Positions 1 through 8,023 are shown, numbered from the stretch's first letter. The stretch is 22,695 nucleotides of DNA from Thermoproteaceae archaeon (GCA_020833025.1 JAJHRB010000021.1:1-22695), one strand, 5' to 3'. Notes: generated by a model from the sequence alone, not told the origin. Made by a program: numbers and translations.

Positions 1-188
1 TCCACGTGTATTATCTCGGCGTCGAGCTCGCCTCGCGCCGCGAATTCTGCCAGCTTCTCGACCGTAGTCGTCTGTGGAGTGATGGGATATACCGCAATTA
101 CATCCACGTCTACTGCCTTCACGGCGTACGCGGCTGCGTAATTGCTTGTAAGCGCCTCAATCCTTCTCGCTGCTTGCCGCTCCTGCAT
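1..188 (-). CDS. porA: Pyruvate/2-oxoacid:ferredoxin oxidoreductase alpha subunit, 5' part (runs off the window edge; absent from the ORF track)
   Basis: Manual translation from ATG at 188: MQERQAARRIEALTSNYAAAYAVKAVDVDVIAVYPITPQTTTVEKLAEFAARGELDAEIIHVE. It contains the POR-alpha YPITPQ motif. A TATA-like TTATTTA lies ~20 nt upstream on the minus strand. Confidence 0.88.
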   Translation of the reverse strand, partial: MQERQAARRIEALTSNYAAAYAVKAVDVDVIAVYPITPQTTTVEKLAEFAARGELDAEIIHV

Positions 189-754
189 CGTGCAGGGCAG
201 CCTGGCAGTAAATAAGCTATCACGCCGCTGCCTGAGCTCCTCCGCAGCCGCCTGCCGGTGCCTTGGCTGATCTCAGGAAGCCCCCCGCTACCTCGCGTTG
301 ACTTGCCGACACGCATCGCGACGCGGCGCTTGTATAGAGTAGCGCAGCGGAGGCCCTCTTGCTCGCGCTCGGCGTGCAGGTCGCCGCGGCGCGGGGCTGG
401 GGCGCGACGTGCAGCGCCGCGGTCTTCGCGCTGACGGCCGCGCTCCTGGCCCTTGCATGCAGAGGATATCTCGCCGGGGCGGCAGGAGACGTGTCTCTGG
501 CGCTTAAGTACGGTGCCCGGGCCCGCCGGGAGGGCGCCGCCGGCTAGAATTGCGATTGCGCGTGGCGCGGGCCCGAGGAGGCGGGTTGAGGGGCCTGCAG
601 TGCGACACGGCGCCCCCACGCCGGGGCGATGCTCTGCCCGACGGCGCGCTCCAGCTGCCAGGCCGAAATGCGGGAAGGCGCCAGCAGTGCGGACGGCGAG
701 ATCCAGCGCCGGGCCCGAGGGCGGGAGAGGCGGGGGGATGGGGGCACGGCGCCA

Positions 755-803
755 TCAGCCGGCAATCTCCGGGCACCGCTCCCTATGGTCCAGGACTCAT
801 CAC
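755..803 (-). ncRNA. Weak candidate C/D box sRNA
   Basis: Minus strand: box C GTGATGA (803-797) and box D CTGA (758-755) are 38 nt apart in an intergenic region. Internal C'/D' boxes are not recognisable. Confidence 0.3.
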
Positions 804-1248
804 TGATCGGGCACTCCGAGGCGGCCTGTTTCCTCCCTGCATGAGGTGATAAAAGTCCGTGGCGCTAGGCGCGAGAGCCAGTAGGCCGGCGCGCAGCGGC
901 CTTCCCTGGACCTCGGGAAGTGATGGACGGCCAGTCCGGCCTAACGCTAAAGCCAAGAGTGCGCGGACCCAGCGCCCTCACAATCTCAGCGCCGGATAGG
1001 TCCCGCTCGCCGAGTTAGAAGAGCCCGCGCGGTCTACTAGCGCTGCCGATATGCCAGAAAGTCTGGCGCGCGGGCTGAGACTGCACTGCTGGGCGCGTCG
1101 GTCCCGGGCCGGCACGTTAACAGAGCTCGAGACGCCGGGAGGGCTGTTGCTGCGGCTAGCCGGCGCTCTGCTCCCTGCTGAGAGCGGTTAGTAGCGCGCA
1201 GGCGACATGAGGTGCGGCGCGGTCTTTGCTCACTTCCGCGCGAGCCAG

Positions 1249-2712
1249 CTAGTAAAATAACGACGGCTCGGGAGTGTAGCCAGCCAGTATCTCGGCAACG
1301 GCGTCCTTAACGCGCCTGGCAATGTCGGGATCCGGCCTGAGTTCCTCGGGCCACTTGCGGCCGCCGTACTCCTCGGGGAGCTTTCTAGTAGCATCAATTC
1401 CGAGCTTCGAACCGTAGCCAGGGACTGGGGAACCTGTGTCGAGGGCGTCAGTGTGAGCCCCGGGAATTATTACAACGTCGCGCTGGGGATCGACGCGCTG
1501 CGCTATTGCAAAGAGCACCTCCCTTACGTCGTGGACGTTGATGTCGTGATCCACTACAATTACAATTTTCGTTAGCGAGAGCATGTGCCCGAGCCCCCAC
1601 AGCGCCATCATCACCTTCTTGCCATGTCCCGGGTACCTCTTCCTTATGGACACTATGGCAATCCCCTGAAAGAGGCCGTGGACAGGCAGGTTAATGTCGA
1701 CCACCTCAGGAATGAGAAATTGCAATACCGGCAGGAACACGCGCTCTACGGCCTTGCCGATGTACGCGTCCTCTAGAGGCGGAGGTCCCACCACCGTGCC
1801 GTAGTATATCGGGTCGCTGCGCCTCATTATGGACTCCGCCCGGAAGACGGGATAGAGACCGCCCGGGTCGTAGACTCCGTAGTGGTCGCCAAAGGGCCCC
1901 TCGCGCCTCAAGTCCTTAACGTCGATGCAGCCCTCTACCACGGCCTCGGCGCGTGCTGGCACGTAGAGGTCGGTCGAGACGCCCCTCATGACCTCAACGC
2001 CCCGGCCCCTCAACACCCCGACGAATAGATACTCGTCCAGCGGGTAGGGCACCGGCATGGCGCCAGCCAGGAGAAAGACGGGATCTCCGCCCAGCACTAT
2101 TGCGGCGTCCACGCACTCGCTGGCACTTGAGAGCAGGTCCGCGGCCCTCTTGTGAATTTGCGCGTGGACTATTGCCTCGCGCTCGCTCAGTATCTGCACT
2201 CTGTAAACTCCGATGTTTGTAATGCCGTGCTGGCCCCTCGTTATCAGCAGGCCGTAGGTTATGTAGCGCCCGGCATCGCCGGGCCAGCTCCTAAACGCCG
2301 GGATCGCGAGAAGGTTGGGCTCTTCGACCACCTCCGCGACGGGCCCCCTCTTCACGACGCGGGGGGCCGCGCGCCCCAATTCCAGTAATTTTACCGCTGC
2401 CTTGATCTTGTCCCACGCCGACAGCGGAGGGGGGCCTGTGAGGAGCTCAAGCGCGCGCCTGCCTGCATCCTCAAGCCTGTCAACCCCAAGCGCCGTCTTT
2501 ATGCGCTCGAGCGAGCCGAAGATATTGCCGACAACCCTCCAGCCTGGAAACCCCCTCACAGACTCGAAGAGCACGGCGGGGCCCCTCGCGTACATTACCT
2601 GTCTGAGAACTTCCGGGATCTCTAGCTCGGGCGACAGCGGCCTTTTGACTCGTCTCAGCCAGCCTCTCTCCTCAAGTGCGGTAATGAATTCGCGGAGGTC
2701 TGAGAATTCCAC
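1249..2712 (-). CDS. ubiD: UbiD-family (prFMN-dependent) decarboxylase, menaquinone/futalosine-pathway MqnL type
   Basis: Motifs EGPFGDHYG, GVYRVQ, QIHKR and GSKLGIDATRK. The start is placed at GTG 2712 (VEFSDLREF), ~21 nt from the TTTTAAA box, rather than at the track's 2766. Confidence 0.9.
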   Translation of the reverse strand: MEFSDLREFITALEERGWLRRVKRPLSPELEIPEVLRQVMYARGPAVLFESVRGFPGWRVVGNIFGSLERIKTALGVDRLEDAGRRALELLTGPPPLSAWDKIKAAVKLLELGRAAPRVVKRGPVAEVVEEPNLLAIPAFRSWPGDAGRYITYGLLITRGQHGITNIGVYRVQILSEREAIVHAQIHKRAADLLSSASECVDAAIVLGGDPVFLLAGAMPVPYPLDEYLFVGVLRGRGVEVMRGVSTDLYVPARAEAVVEGCIDVKDLRREGPFGDHYGVYDPGGLYPVFRAESIMRRSDPIYYGTVVGPPPLEDAYIGKAVERVFLPVLQFLIPEVVDINLPVHGLFQGIAIVSIRKRYPGHGKKVMMALWGLGHMLSLTKIVIVVDHDINVHDVREVLFAIAQRVDPQRDVVIIPGAHTDALDTGSPVPGYGSKLGIDATRKLPEEYGGRKWPEELRPDPDIARRVKDAVAEILAGYTPEPSLFY

Positions 2713-2732
2713 GAGCTGCGTCTCCCGCGCGA

Positions 2733-2739
2733 TTTTAAA
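2733..2739. promoter_or_regulatory. Shared bidirectional TATA box for ubiD and the ABC operon
   Basis: TTTTAAA lies 20 nt from GTG 2712 (-) and 25 nt from ATG 2765 (+), the spacing expected for leaderless crenarchaeal genes. Confidence 0.55.
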
Positions 2740-2764
2740 CTCGGCATAGTTTTTTATTCGGCAC

Positions 2765-3700
2765 ATGCAAAGGCGCGTGACAAGACAGGCGTCCCTCGCC
2801 GCGCTCCTCGTGGCGCTGGCGGCAGTCGCGGCGCTCCTCTACTTGTACCAGCACTTGCACCAGCCCCCTGAGGCCGCGACAGGCACGCCCGCGAGGCTTC
2901 GCGTGGGTCTGCTGCCTGTAATTGACGCGCTTCCGTTTGTTGTAGCTGAGAGCGAGGGGCTCTTCAGCGCAGAGGGCGTCAACGTGGAACTCATTTACTT
3001 CGGCTCCGCGAGGGACAGAGACGCTGCAATAATGACGGGGCAGGTTGATGTCGCTGTGCACGATCCTGTCGGCGCGCTGCTGCTCATCAGCCGCGGGGCT
3101 CCCATTAAGATAGTCGCGTTCGTCTGCTGTCTGCGCGACGAGGACGCAAACGTCGGCTTCTACTACGTGAGGGCGCCGGGCGCGCGAGAGGTGAGGACCG
3201 TCGCGATATCGCGCGGCACGATTATTGAATACGTCGCGTCGAAGTTAGTGGCGGGCAATGTGACATTTGTTGACACGCCCAGCATCTTGAACAGATTCCA
3301 GCTGATGATTGAAGGGAGGGTTGACGCTGCAGTGCTCCCAGATCCCTGGGGGACTCTCGCGCTGGCGAAAAACGCAACGCTCCTGGCGAGGCACAGGGAT
3401 CTCGTCGTGCTAGTCGCCAGGGCTGAGCTGCTTGAGACGCGCGAGGGCCGCCGCGCGCTAGAGAGGCTTGCGAGAGCGCTGAATGAGGCCGTCGACGCGT
3501 ACAGCGCAAATCCCGACAAGTACTGGAGCCTAGTTGCGGAGAGGCTCAACGTGCCGCGAGAATTGAAAGGCGCGTACCGCGCAGTCTGGAGGGCGCGAGT
3601 CGCGGAGGTGCCCAGAGAGCTCTTCGAGAGCGTGGCGGCATGGCTGAGGGAGAGGGGCCTGGTAGAGAGGCAGCTTAAGTATGAGGAGTGCGTTGGATGA
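2765..3700 (+). CDS. ABC transporter substrate-binding protein, NMT1/SsuA (NitT/TauT) type, N-terminal membrane anchor
   Basis: Hydrophobic N-terminus followed by LRVGLLPVIDALPFVVAESEGLF...GVNVEL; adjacent to ATPase and permease genes. Confidence 0.85.
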   Translation: MQRRVTRQASLAALLVALAAVAALLYLYQHLHQPPEAATGTPARLRVGLLPVIDALPFVVAESEGLFSAEGVNVELIYFGSARDRDAAIMTGQVDVAVHDPVGALLLISRGAPIKIVAFVCCLRDEDANVGFYYVRAPGAREVRTVAISRGTIIEYVASKLVAGNVTFVDTPSILNRFQLMIEGRVDAAVLPDPWGTLALAKNATLLARHRDLVVLVARAELLETREGRRALERLARALNEAVDAYSANPDKYWSLVAERLNVPRELKGAYRAVWRARVAEVPRELFESVAAWLRERGLVERQLKYEECVG

Positions 3701-4416
3701 TAGAATTGCGAGACGTCTGGTTTAGGTACAGGGAAGGTCCCTTCGTGCTCCAGAGCTTCACCGCCGCATTTCCCCGCGGGGTGAGCACAATCCTGGGCCC
3801 GAACGGGAGCGGGAAGACCACTCTCCTGAGAGTGATTGCAGGAATCCTAAAGCCGGAGCGTGGCGTCGTCACGATTGACGGGAGGCCTCCAGAGAGACTC
3901 TGGGGGAGGGTGGTATACCTGCCGCAATCGGGCGGGCTGTATCCGTGGATGTCGAACAGGGAAAACATAGCTCTGCCGCTGAAGCTGGCACGCCGCCCCC
4001 GGCGCGAGATTGAAACGGCAGTGGTGAGGGCGGCTAGGGCGCTCGGAGTGGCCCACCTCCTCGACAAGTACCCAAGGGAGGTCTCGGGCGGCGAGCAGCA
4101 GAGAGTCCTCTTGGCGCGGGCGGTGGCGTCTGGCGCGGAGGTCTGGCTTCTCGACGAGCCGCTGTCAATGGTAGACGTGGACCATAGATCCGAGATCGCG
4201 CGTATAATAAGCGATGCCGTGAGGGGTACGGGGAGTTGCGCCATTGTCGTCACGCACAACATAAAGGATGTCGTGGAGCTGGGCGGGCGCGCTTACATCG
4301 CGCGCGGCCCCCCGCTGTCTCTGGTGGCGGAGCTCAGCCCGCACGAGTGCGCAAGCGCCGAGGCTCTTGAGCGCGCCGTGAGGGCGCTGCTAGCCCGCCC
4401 CTTCGCTAGTCGCTGA
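3688..4416 (+). CDS. ABC transporter ATP-binding protein
   Basis: Walker A GPNGSGKT, signature VSGGEQQR, Walker B WLLDEP and H-loop VTHN. Confidence 0.93.
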   Translation: MRWMIELRDVWFRYREGPFVLQSFTAAFPRGVSTILGPNGSGKTTLLRVIAGILKPERGVVTIDGRPPERLWGRVVYLPQSGGLYPWMSNRENIALPLKLARRPRREIETAVVRAARALGVAHLLDKYPREVSGGEQQRVLLARAVASGAEVWLLDEPLSMVDVDHRSEIARIISDAVRGTGSCAIVVTHNIKDVVELGGRAYIARGPPLSLVAELSPHECASAEALERAVRALLARPFASR

Positions 4417-4531
4417 GCGCCAGGGCGAGTAGAGCCGGGTCGGGCCCCCAGCCCCGGGCTGCGGGCGAGGCGGGAGGCTCTGAGGGCGCGGCGAGCCTGA
4501 GCATATAACGCAGCCGGCGCCGGGCGAGTGC

Positions 4532-5260
4532 ATGAGGGCGGCCCTCTACGCCGCGGCGCTCGCCGCCCTCCTCGCTGCATGGCAAGTGACCGCGCTGGCG
4601 GTGGGCAAGCCCTATCTGCCGCCGCCAGCTGAAGTAGCCGCCCAGATGGCCAGTGACTCCTGGCTTCTCGCTTACAATTTGCTCGCCACTTTGAGGAGAG
4701 TTGCAATCTCCGCGCTCATAGCGCTAGTCCTGGGCCTCGCCGCTGGTCTCTCCGCGACGTGGCTCCCAGAGAGGGTGAGCGCAAGCTTCATACGGGCGCT
4801 CGTCCTGCTGACATATCCCATTCCGCACCTGGCGCTAACGCCGATCTTCCTCCACCTCTTCGGAATCGAGGCGAGCAAGATAGCCATTATCTCGCTAATT
4901 GCCCTCTACCCAATAGCGCTCTCAGTTATGGAGTGGGCGCAGAGATTCCCGCGCGACCTAGCCTCCCTGATTTACGTCATGGGAGGGGGGAGGCGCGATG
5001 TCGTGAAATACGTCGTGTTGCCGTCGTCACTTCCCGGCGTGCTCACCGGTGTCAGGATCGCCGTGAGCACTGCGTACTCGGTCTCGTTCATCGCGGAGAG
5101 CCTCGCGGTGACGGACGGGCTGGGCGCGCTCATTTACACCAGCTGGCACAGGCTCGAGTTCGCGCGGATGTACGCGGCAATCGTGACGCTCAGCGCCGCC
5201 GGGCTCGCGAGTTACGCGCTGCTCGCGTGGCTGGAGAGGCGCGCGGTCAAGTGGGCTTGA
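4532..5260 (+). CDS. ABC transporter permease (SsuC/TauC type)
   Basis: Multi-TM protein with LPPPAEV N-terminal motif and EAA-like loop (YVMGGGRRDVVKYVVLPSSLPGVLTGVR). Confidence 0.9.
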   Translation: MRAALYAAALAALLAAWQVTALAVGKPYLPPPAEVAAQMASDSWLLAYNLLATLRRVAISALIALVLGLAAGLSATWLPERVSASFIRALVLLTYPIPHLALTPIFLHLFGIEASKIAIISLIALYPIALSVMEWAQRFPRDLASLIYVMGGGRRDVVKYVVLPSSLPGVLTGVRIAVSTAYSVSFIAESLAVTDGLGALIYTSWHRLEFARMYAAIVTLSAAGLASYALLAWLERRAVKWA

Positions 5261-5291
5261 AGCGCTTTAACTGCAATTCAGAGCCGGTAAC

Positions 5292-6170
5292 GTGCCCTTC
5301 GACCCGGAGGCCGTAGGCATCACGGCATTTAGGCTTATGAGGTTCATAAGAGTGGAGCACACAGTATACACCCTGCCCATGGCCTACGCGGCAGCGCTGC
5401 TTGCAGGCGGCCAGTTTGGCTTGTGGGAGGCAGTGCTGATAGGCCTGGCTGTATTCGGGCTGAGGACTGCCGGCATGTCCTGGAACAACATAGCGGACTA
5501 CCCAATCGACAGGCTGAACCCCCGGACGCAGGGAAGGATGCTCGTGTCGGGAGCCGTGAGCCTCACGGAGGCCTACTGTGTATTCGCGCTCGGCGCCGCG
5601 ACATTCTTAGTCTCCGCGGCCATGCTGGGGCCCTGGCCCGCGGTTCTGGCGCCTCTGTATCTCGCAGTCGTCATAGCATACCCCTACGCAAAGAGAGTAC
5701 ACTGCCTCCCGCACCTCCACCTAGGGGCGGTTTACGCGCTGCTGCCCCTGGGCGCTTCCATAGCGGTTCACGCAAGCGACATCAGCACGGCGCTGGCGCG
5801 CACGCCGTGGCTTCTAGTAACGGCCGCGGCGCTGTGGGTCTCTGGCTTTGATGTGGCTTACTCCAGGGAGGACGCAGAGTTCGACAGGAGGCACGGGCTG
5901 GGAAGCGTTGCTGCGTGCTACGGCACTGCTGCCGCGAATGCTGCTACCGTGGCGCTGCTCACTGCATCTGCCGCGCTCTACCTGGCCAATTACATTGCCT
6001 ACGGTCTCGGCCTCACGGGCCTCATCGTGACAGCCGCGGGGGCCGCCGTTGAGGTCTACTCGGCAGCTGCCGGCGTCAGGGGAAGGTCGGCGCTTTGTAT
6101 GAACTTAAACTTGGCGGTCGGGGTCTTAATCCCCCTCGGCATCTTCACCGGACTTTATGTCAGGCCTTAG
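5292..6170 (+). CDS. ubiA: UbiA-family aromatic prenyltransferase (MqnP/4-hydroxybenzoate polyprenyltransferase-like)
   Basis: EHTVYTLP, first Asp-rich motif NNIADYPIDRLNPRT, second motif FDVAYSREDAEFD; hydrophobic overall. Confidence 0.9.
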   Translation: MPFDPEAVGITAFRLMRFIRVEHTVYTLPMAYAAALLAGGQFGLWEAVLIGLAVFGLRTAGMSWNNIADYPIDRLNPRTQGRMLVSGAVSLTEAYCVFALGAATFLVSAAMLGPWPAVLAPLYLAVVIAYPYAKRVHCLPHLHLGAVYALLPLGASIAVHASDISTALARTPWLLVTAAALWVSGFDVAYSREDAEFDRRHGLGSVAACYGTAAANAATVALLTASAALYLANYIAYGLGLTGLIVTAAGAAVEVYSAAAGVRGRSALCMNLNLAVGVLIPLGIFTGLYVRP

Positions 6171-6720
6171 CGCGGAGAATTTCCCTCATTTTTCTAAGCG
6201 CCCGCGACAGATCGTGCGGGGCGCAGTCGTACCGCGCAAGCTGCAATACGAGGCCGCCTCTCGGGTCGCGGGAGCACTTAACTTCCGTTGCGAAGAAAAG
6301 CCCCCGGTACTTGACAAGTGCATACTTGCCCTTGATCGTTACCCTACCGAGTGTTTTCACTAGCTGCGTGCGGACAGCGATGTAACCCGCTGGCGGCATT
6401 GTAGGGGCCACGGGCTCGATGCAAACGTCAACCCTGGACACGGGGGTCTCTAATGCGAGCGGCGGGGGCCTCGGGTGTGACACGGGCGCGCATATTGACA
6501 CATCAGCTAGCAAGTGGGCGCCGTGCCACTCAATGAGCAAGAGCCCGAGAGACGGGAGAGGCCCGGCGGCGCAGAAAGCTGCATTCCACTCTCTTTCGAG
6601 CACTCGCTTCAGCTCGCCCACGTGACTCTCGACCCACTCTCTCACGCCAACAGGCAGCTCGAGATCAATGCGATACTTAACACGCCTCTGAAGAAGTCCC
6701 TGCACGTAGGCCCTTTTCAT
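6160..6720 (-). CDS. Hypothetical protein (186 aa)
   Basis: Protein-like composition, ATG start ~21 nt from a TATA-like box, convergent overlap with ubiA. Confidence 0.7.
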   Translation of the reverse strand: MKRAYVQGLLQRRVKYRIDLELPVGVREWVESHVGELKRVLEREWNAAFCAAGPLPSLGLLLIEWHGAHLLADVSICAPVSHPRPPPLALETPVSRVDVCIEPVAPTMPPAGYIAVRTQLVKTLGRVTIKGKYALVKYRGLFFATEVKCSRDPRGGLVLQLARYDCAPHDLSRALRKMREILRAKA

Positions 6721-6740
6721 AGCGGGCGCGTTAAAGAATA

Positions 6741-6747
6741 CTTAAAA
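6741..6747. promoter_or_regulatory. Bidirectional TATA-like box
   Basis: CTTAAAA lies 20 nt from ATG 6720 (-) and 21 nt from ATG 6769 (+). Confidence 0.45.
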
Positions 6748-6768
6748 CCGCTAGCATGCGGGAGGGGC

Positions 6769-6861
6769 ATGCCGACGCTGACGCGCGTTGAGGAAGAATG
6801 GGAGGAGGAAGAAGAGCTGTGGGAGGAATTTGAGGAGGAGTGGGAGGAGGAAGAGTGGTAG
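6769..6861 (+). CDS. 30-aa hyper-acidic Glu/Trp micro-protein
   Basis: MPTLTRVEEEWEEEEELWEEFEEEWEEEEW. GGAGG lies directly before the ATG, a TATA-like box lies 21 nt upstream, and GAG/GAA codons are mixed. Confidence 0.6.
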   Translation: MPTLTRVEEEWEEEEELWEEFEEEWEEEEW

Positions 6862-6898
6862 CGGTGCGCCCTAGCGTGTCTCGCGCACGGGGGTAAGC

Positions 6899-6925
6899 TT
6901 TTTAAAGGGGGCTGACCCAGCCCCC
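6899..6925 (+). promoter_or_regulatory. speD promoter: TATA box plus inverted-repeat operator candidate
   Basis: TTTTTAAA (6899-6906) is followed immediately by GGGGGCTG-acc-CAGCCCCC (6907-6925) and then ATG 6927. Confidence 0.5.
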
Positions 6926-6926
6926 G

Positions 6927-7337
6927 ATGGCGGGGGGCGTGGGGGGTGGGCCAGTCGTCGGTAGGCATATTTACGGCAATCTTTACGGCTGCGATCCCCA
7001 GATACTGAGGGACGAGATAGCGCTTATATCTACCGTGATCGAGGCCGTGAGGGTAGCAAATGCCACGCTGCTGTCAGTCAGCTATTACAAGTTTGGAAAC
7101 GGCGGCGGGCTCTCTGTCTTTGCGCTAATAGCCGAGAGCCACATCTCAGTTCACACGTGGCCCGAGTATTACTTTGCCACAGTCGACGTGTACACGTGCG
7201 GCGCCAGCACGGACCCAAGGGCCGCGTTTGACTACATCGCGTCGAGACTTAAGCCGAGGCGCGTTGAGGTATTTTTCAGCGATAGGTCGCTGCGCTATGA
7301 ATGGCTTAAAAACGAGACGACGCAGACTGTTACGTGA
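6927..7337 (+). CDS. speD: Pyruvoyl-dependent S-adenosylmethionine decarboxylase proenzyme (SpeD/SpeH family)
   Basis: GRHIYGNL, autocleavage site IAE|SHISVHTWPE, and VDVYTCG. The paralogous crenarchaeal arginine decarboxylase cannot be fully excluded without a phylogeny. Confidence 0.82.
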   Translation: MAGGVGGGPVVGRHIYGNLYGCDPQILRDEIALISTVIEAVRVANATLLSVSYYKFGNGGGLSVFALIAESHISVHTWPEYYFATVDVYTCGASTDPRAAFDYIASRLKPRRVEVFFSDRSLRYEWLKNETTQTVT

Positions 7338-7942
7338 CTGTATACTTCAGACAGGCGTACCTCGAAATCGCCAATTTTATCCTGAACTCGTTCAGCAAGA
7401 TAAGCGAGAGTGATGTGGAGAAATTTGTTAGCGCTATAATAGACGCTTACAAGCATAACAACAAGATTCTTGTTGCCGGCGTTGGCAGAAGCGGCCTCGT
7501 GGGCAGGGCGTTCGCCATGCGGCTGCGCCACTTGGGCGTGGAGTCGTACGTGCTCGGCGAGACTATAACGCCATCTGTCAGGCAGGGAGACCTCGTAGTG
7601 GCGATCTCAGGCAGCGGCTCTACACAAATTATTATTACCGTCGCCGAGGCTGCCAAGAGGGCCGGCGCTAAAGTTGCCGCCATCACCTCTTTCTACGACT
7701 CGCCTCTCGGGCGGCTGGCGGATATAGTCTTGCTGGTGCCAGGAAGGACGAAGAGGGCCTCAAGCGACGATTATTTTGCCAGGCAAATCCTAGGAGTTCA
7801 CGAGCCCCTGTCGCCACTCGGAACGCTCTTTGAGGACACGTGCATGGTCGTGCTCGACTCAATTATCGTGGAGATAATGAAGCGGCTGGACAAGAGCGAG
7901 AGGGAAATGTCTGCGATACACGCAAACGTGGAGATATTCTAG
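7334..7942 (+). CDS. hxlB: 6-phospho-3-hexuloisomerase (SIS domain)
   Basis: GVGRSGLVGRAFAMRLRHLG, ISGSGST and PLGTLFEDT; GTGA overlap with the speD stop. Confidence 0.9.
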   Translation: MTVYFRQAYLEIANFILNSFSKISESDVEKFVSAIIDAYKHNNKILVAGVGRSGLVGRAFAMRLRHLGVESYVLGETITPSVRQGDLVVAISGSGSTQIIITVAEAAKRAGAKVAAITSFYDSPLGRLADIVLLVPGRTKRASSDDYFARQILGVHEPLSPLGTLFEDTCMVVLDSIIVEIMKRLDKSEREMSAIHANVEIF

Positions 7943-7944
7943 GA

Positions 7945-8003
7945 TGCTTCAGCAGTGTCGCCACCGCTCATTTGCTCGCCACACACCTGCCCTCATCAAC
8001 GCT
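7945..8003 (-). ncRNA. C/D box methylation-guide sRNA
   Basis: Minus strand: C TTGATGA (7999-7993), 13-nt guide, D' GCGA (7979-7976), C' ATGAGCG (7971-7965), 12-nt guide, D CTGA (7952-7949). A TATA box lies ~20 nt upstream. Confidence 0.7.
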
Positions 8004-8023
8004 TCACGCGCTGTAGGCAGCCC

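Noticed and set aside
270-340. CAGGAAGCCCCCC resembling the RNase P RNA P4 5' strand
   Set aside because: No matching 3' P4 strand (AGAAGGGGG-like) within the expected distance.
119-849. Overlapping track ORFs of 62-166 aa at 119-849
   Set aside because: Arg/Ala/Gly/Pro-rich products typical of GC-rich non-coding frames; no motifs or promoter spacing support them.
2713-2766. 18-aa N-terminal extension of UbiD in the ORF track
   Set aside because: It runs through the shared TATA box and overlaps the divergent start; GTG 2712 fits better.
6769-6926. Acidic micro-ORF as a polyamine-sensing uORF of speD
   Set aside because: speD has its own TATA box 20 nt before its ATG, implying a separate leaderless transcript; kept only as a small-protein finding.
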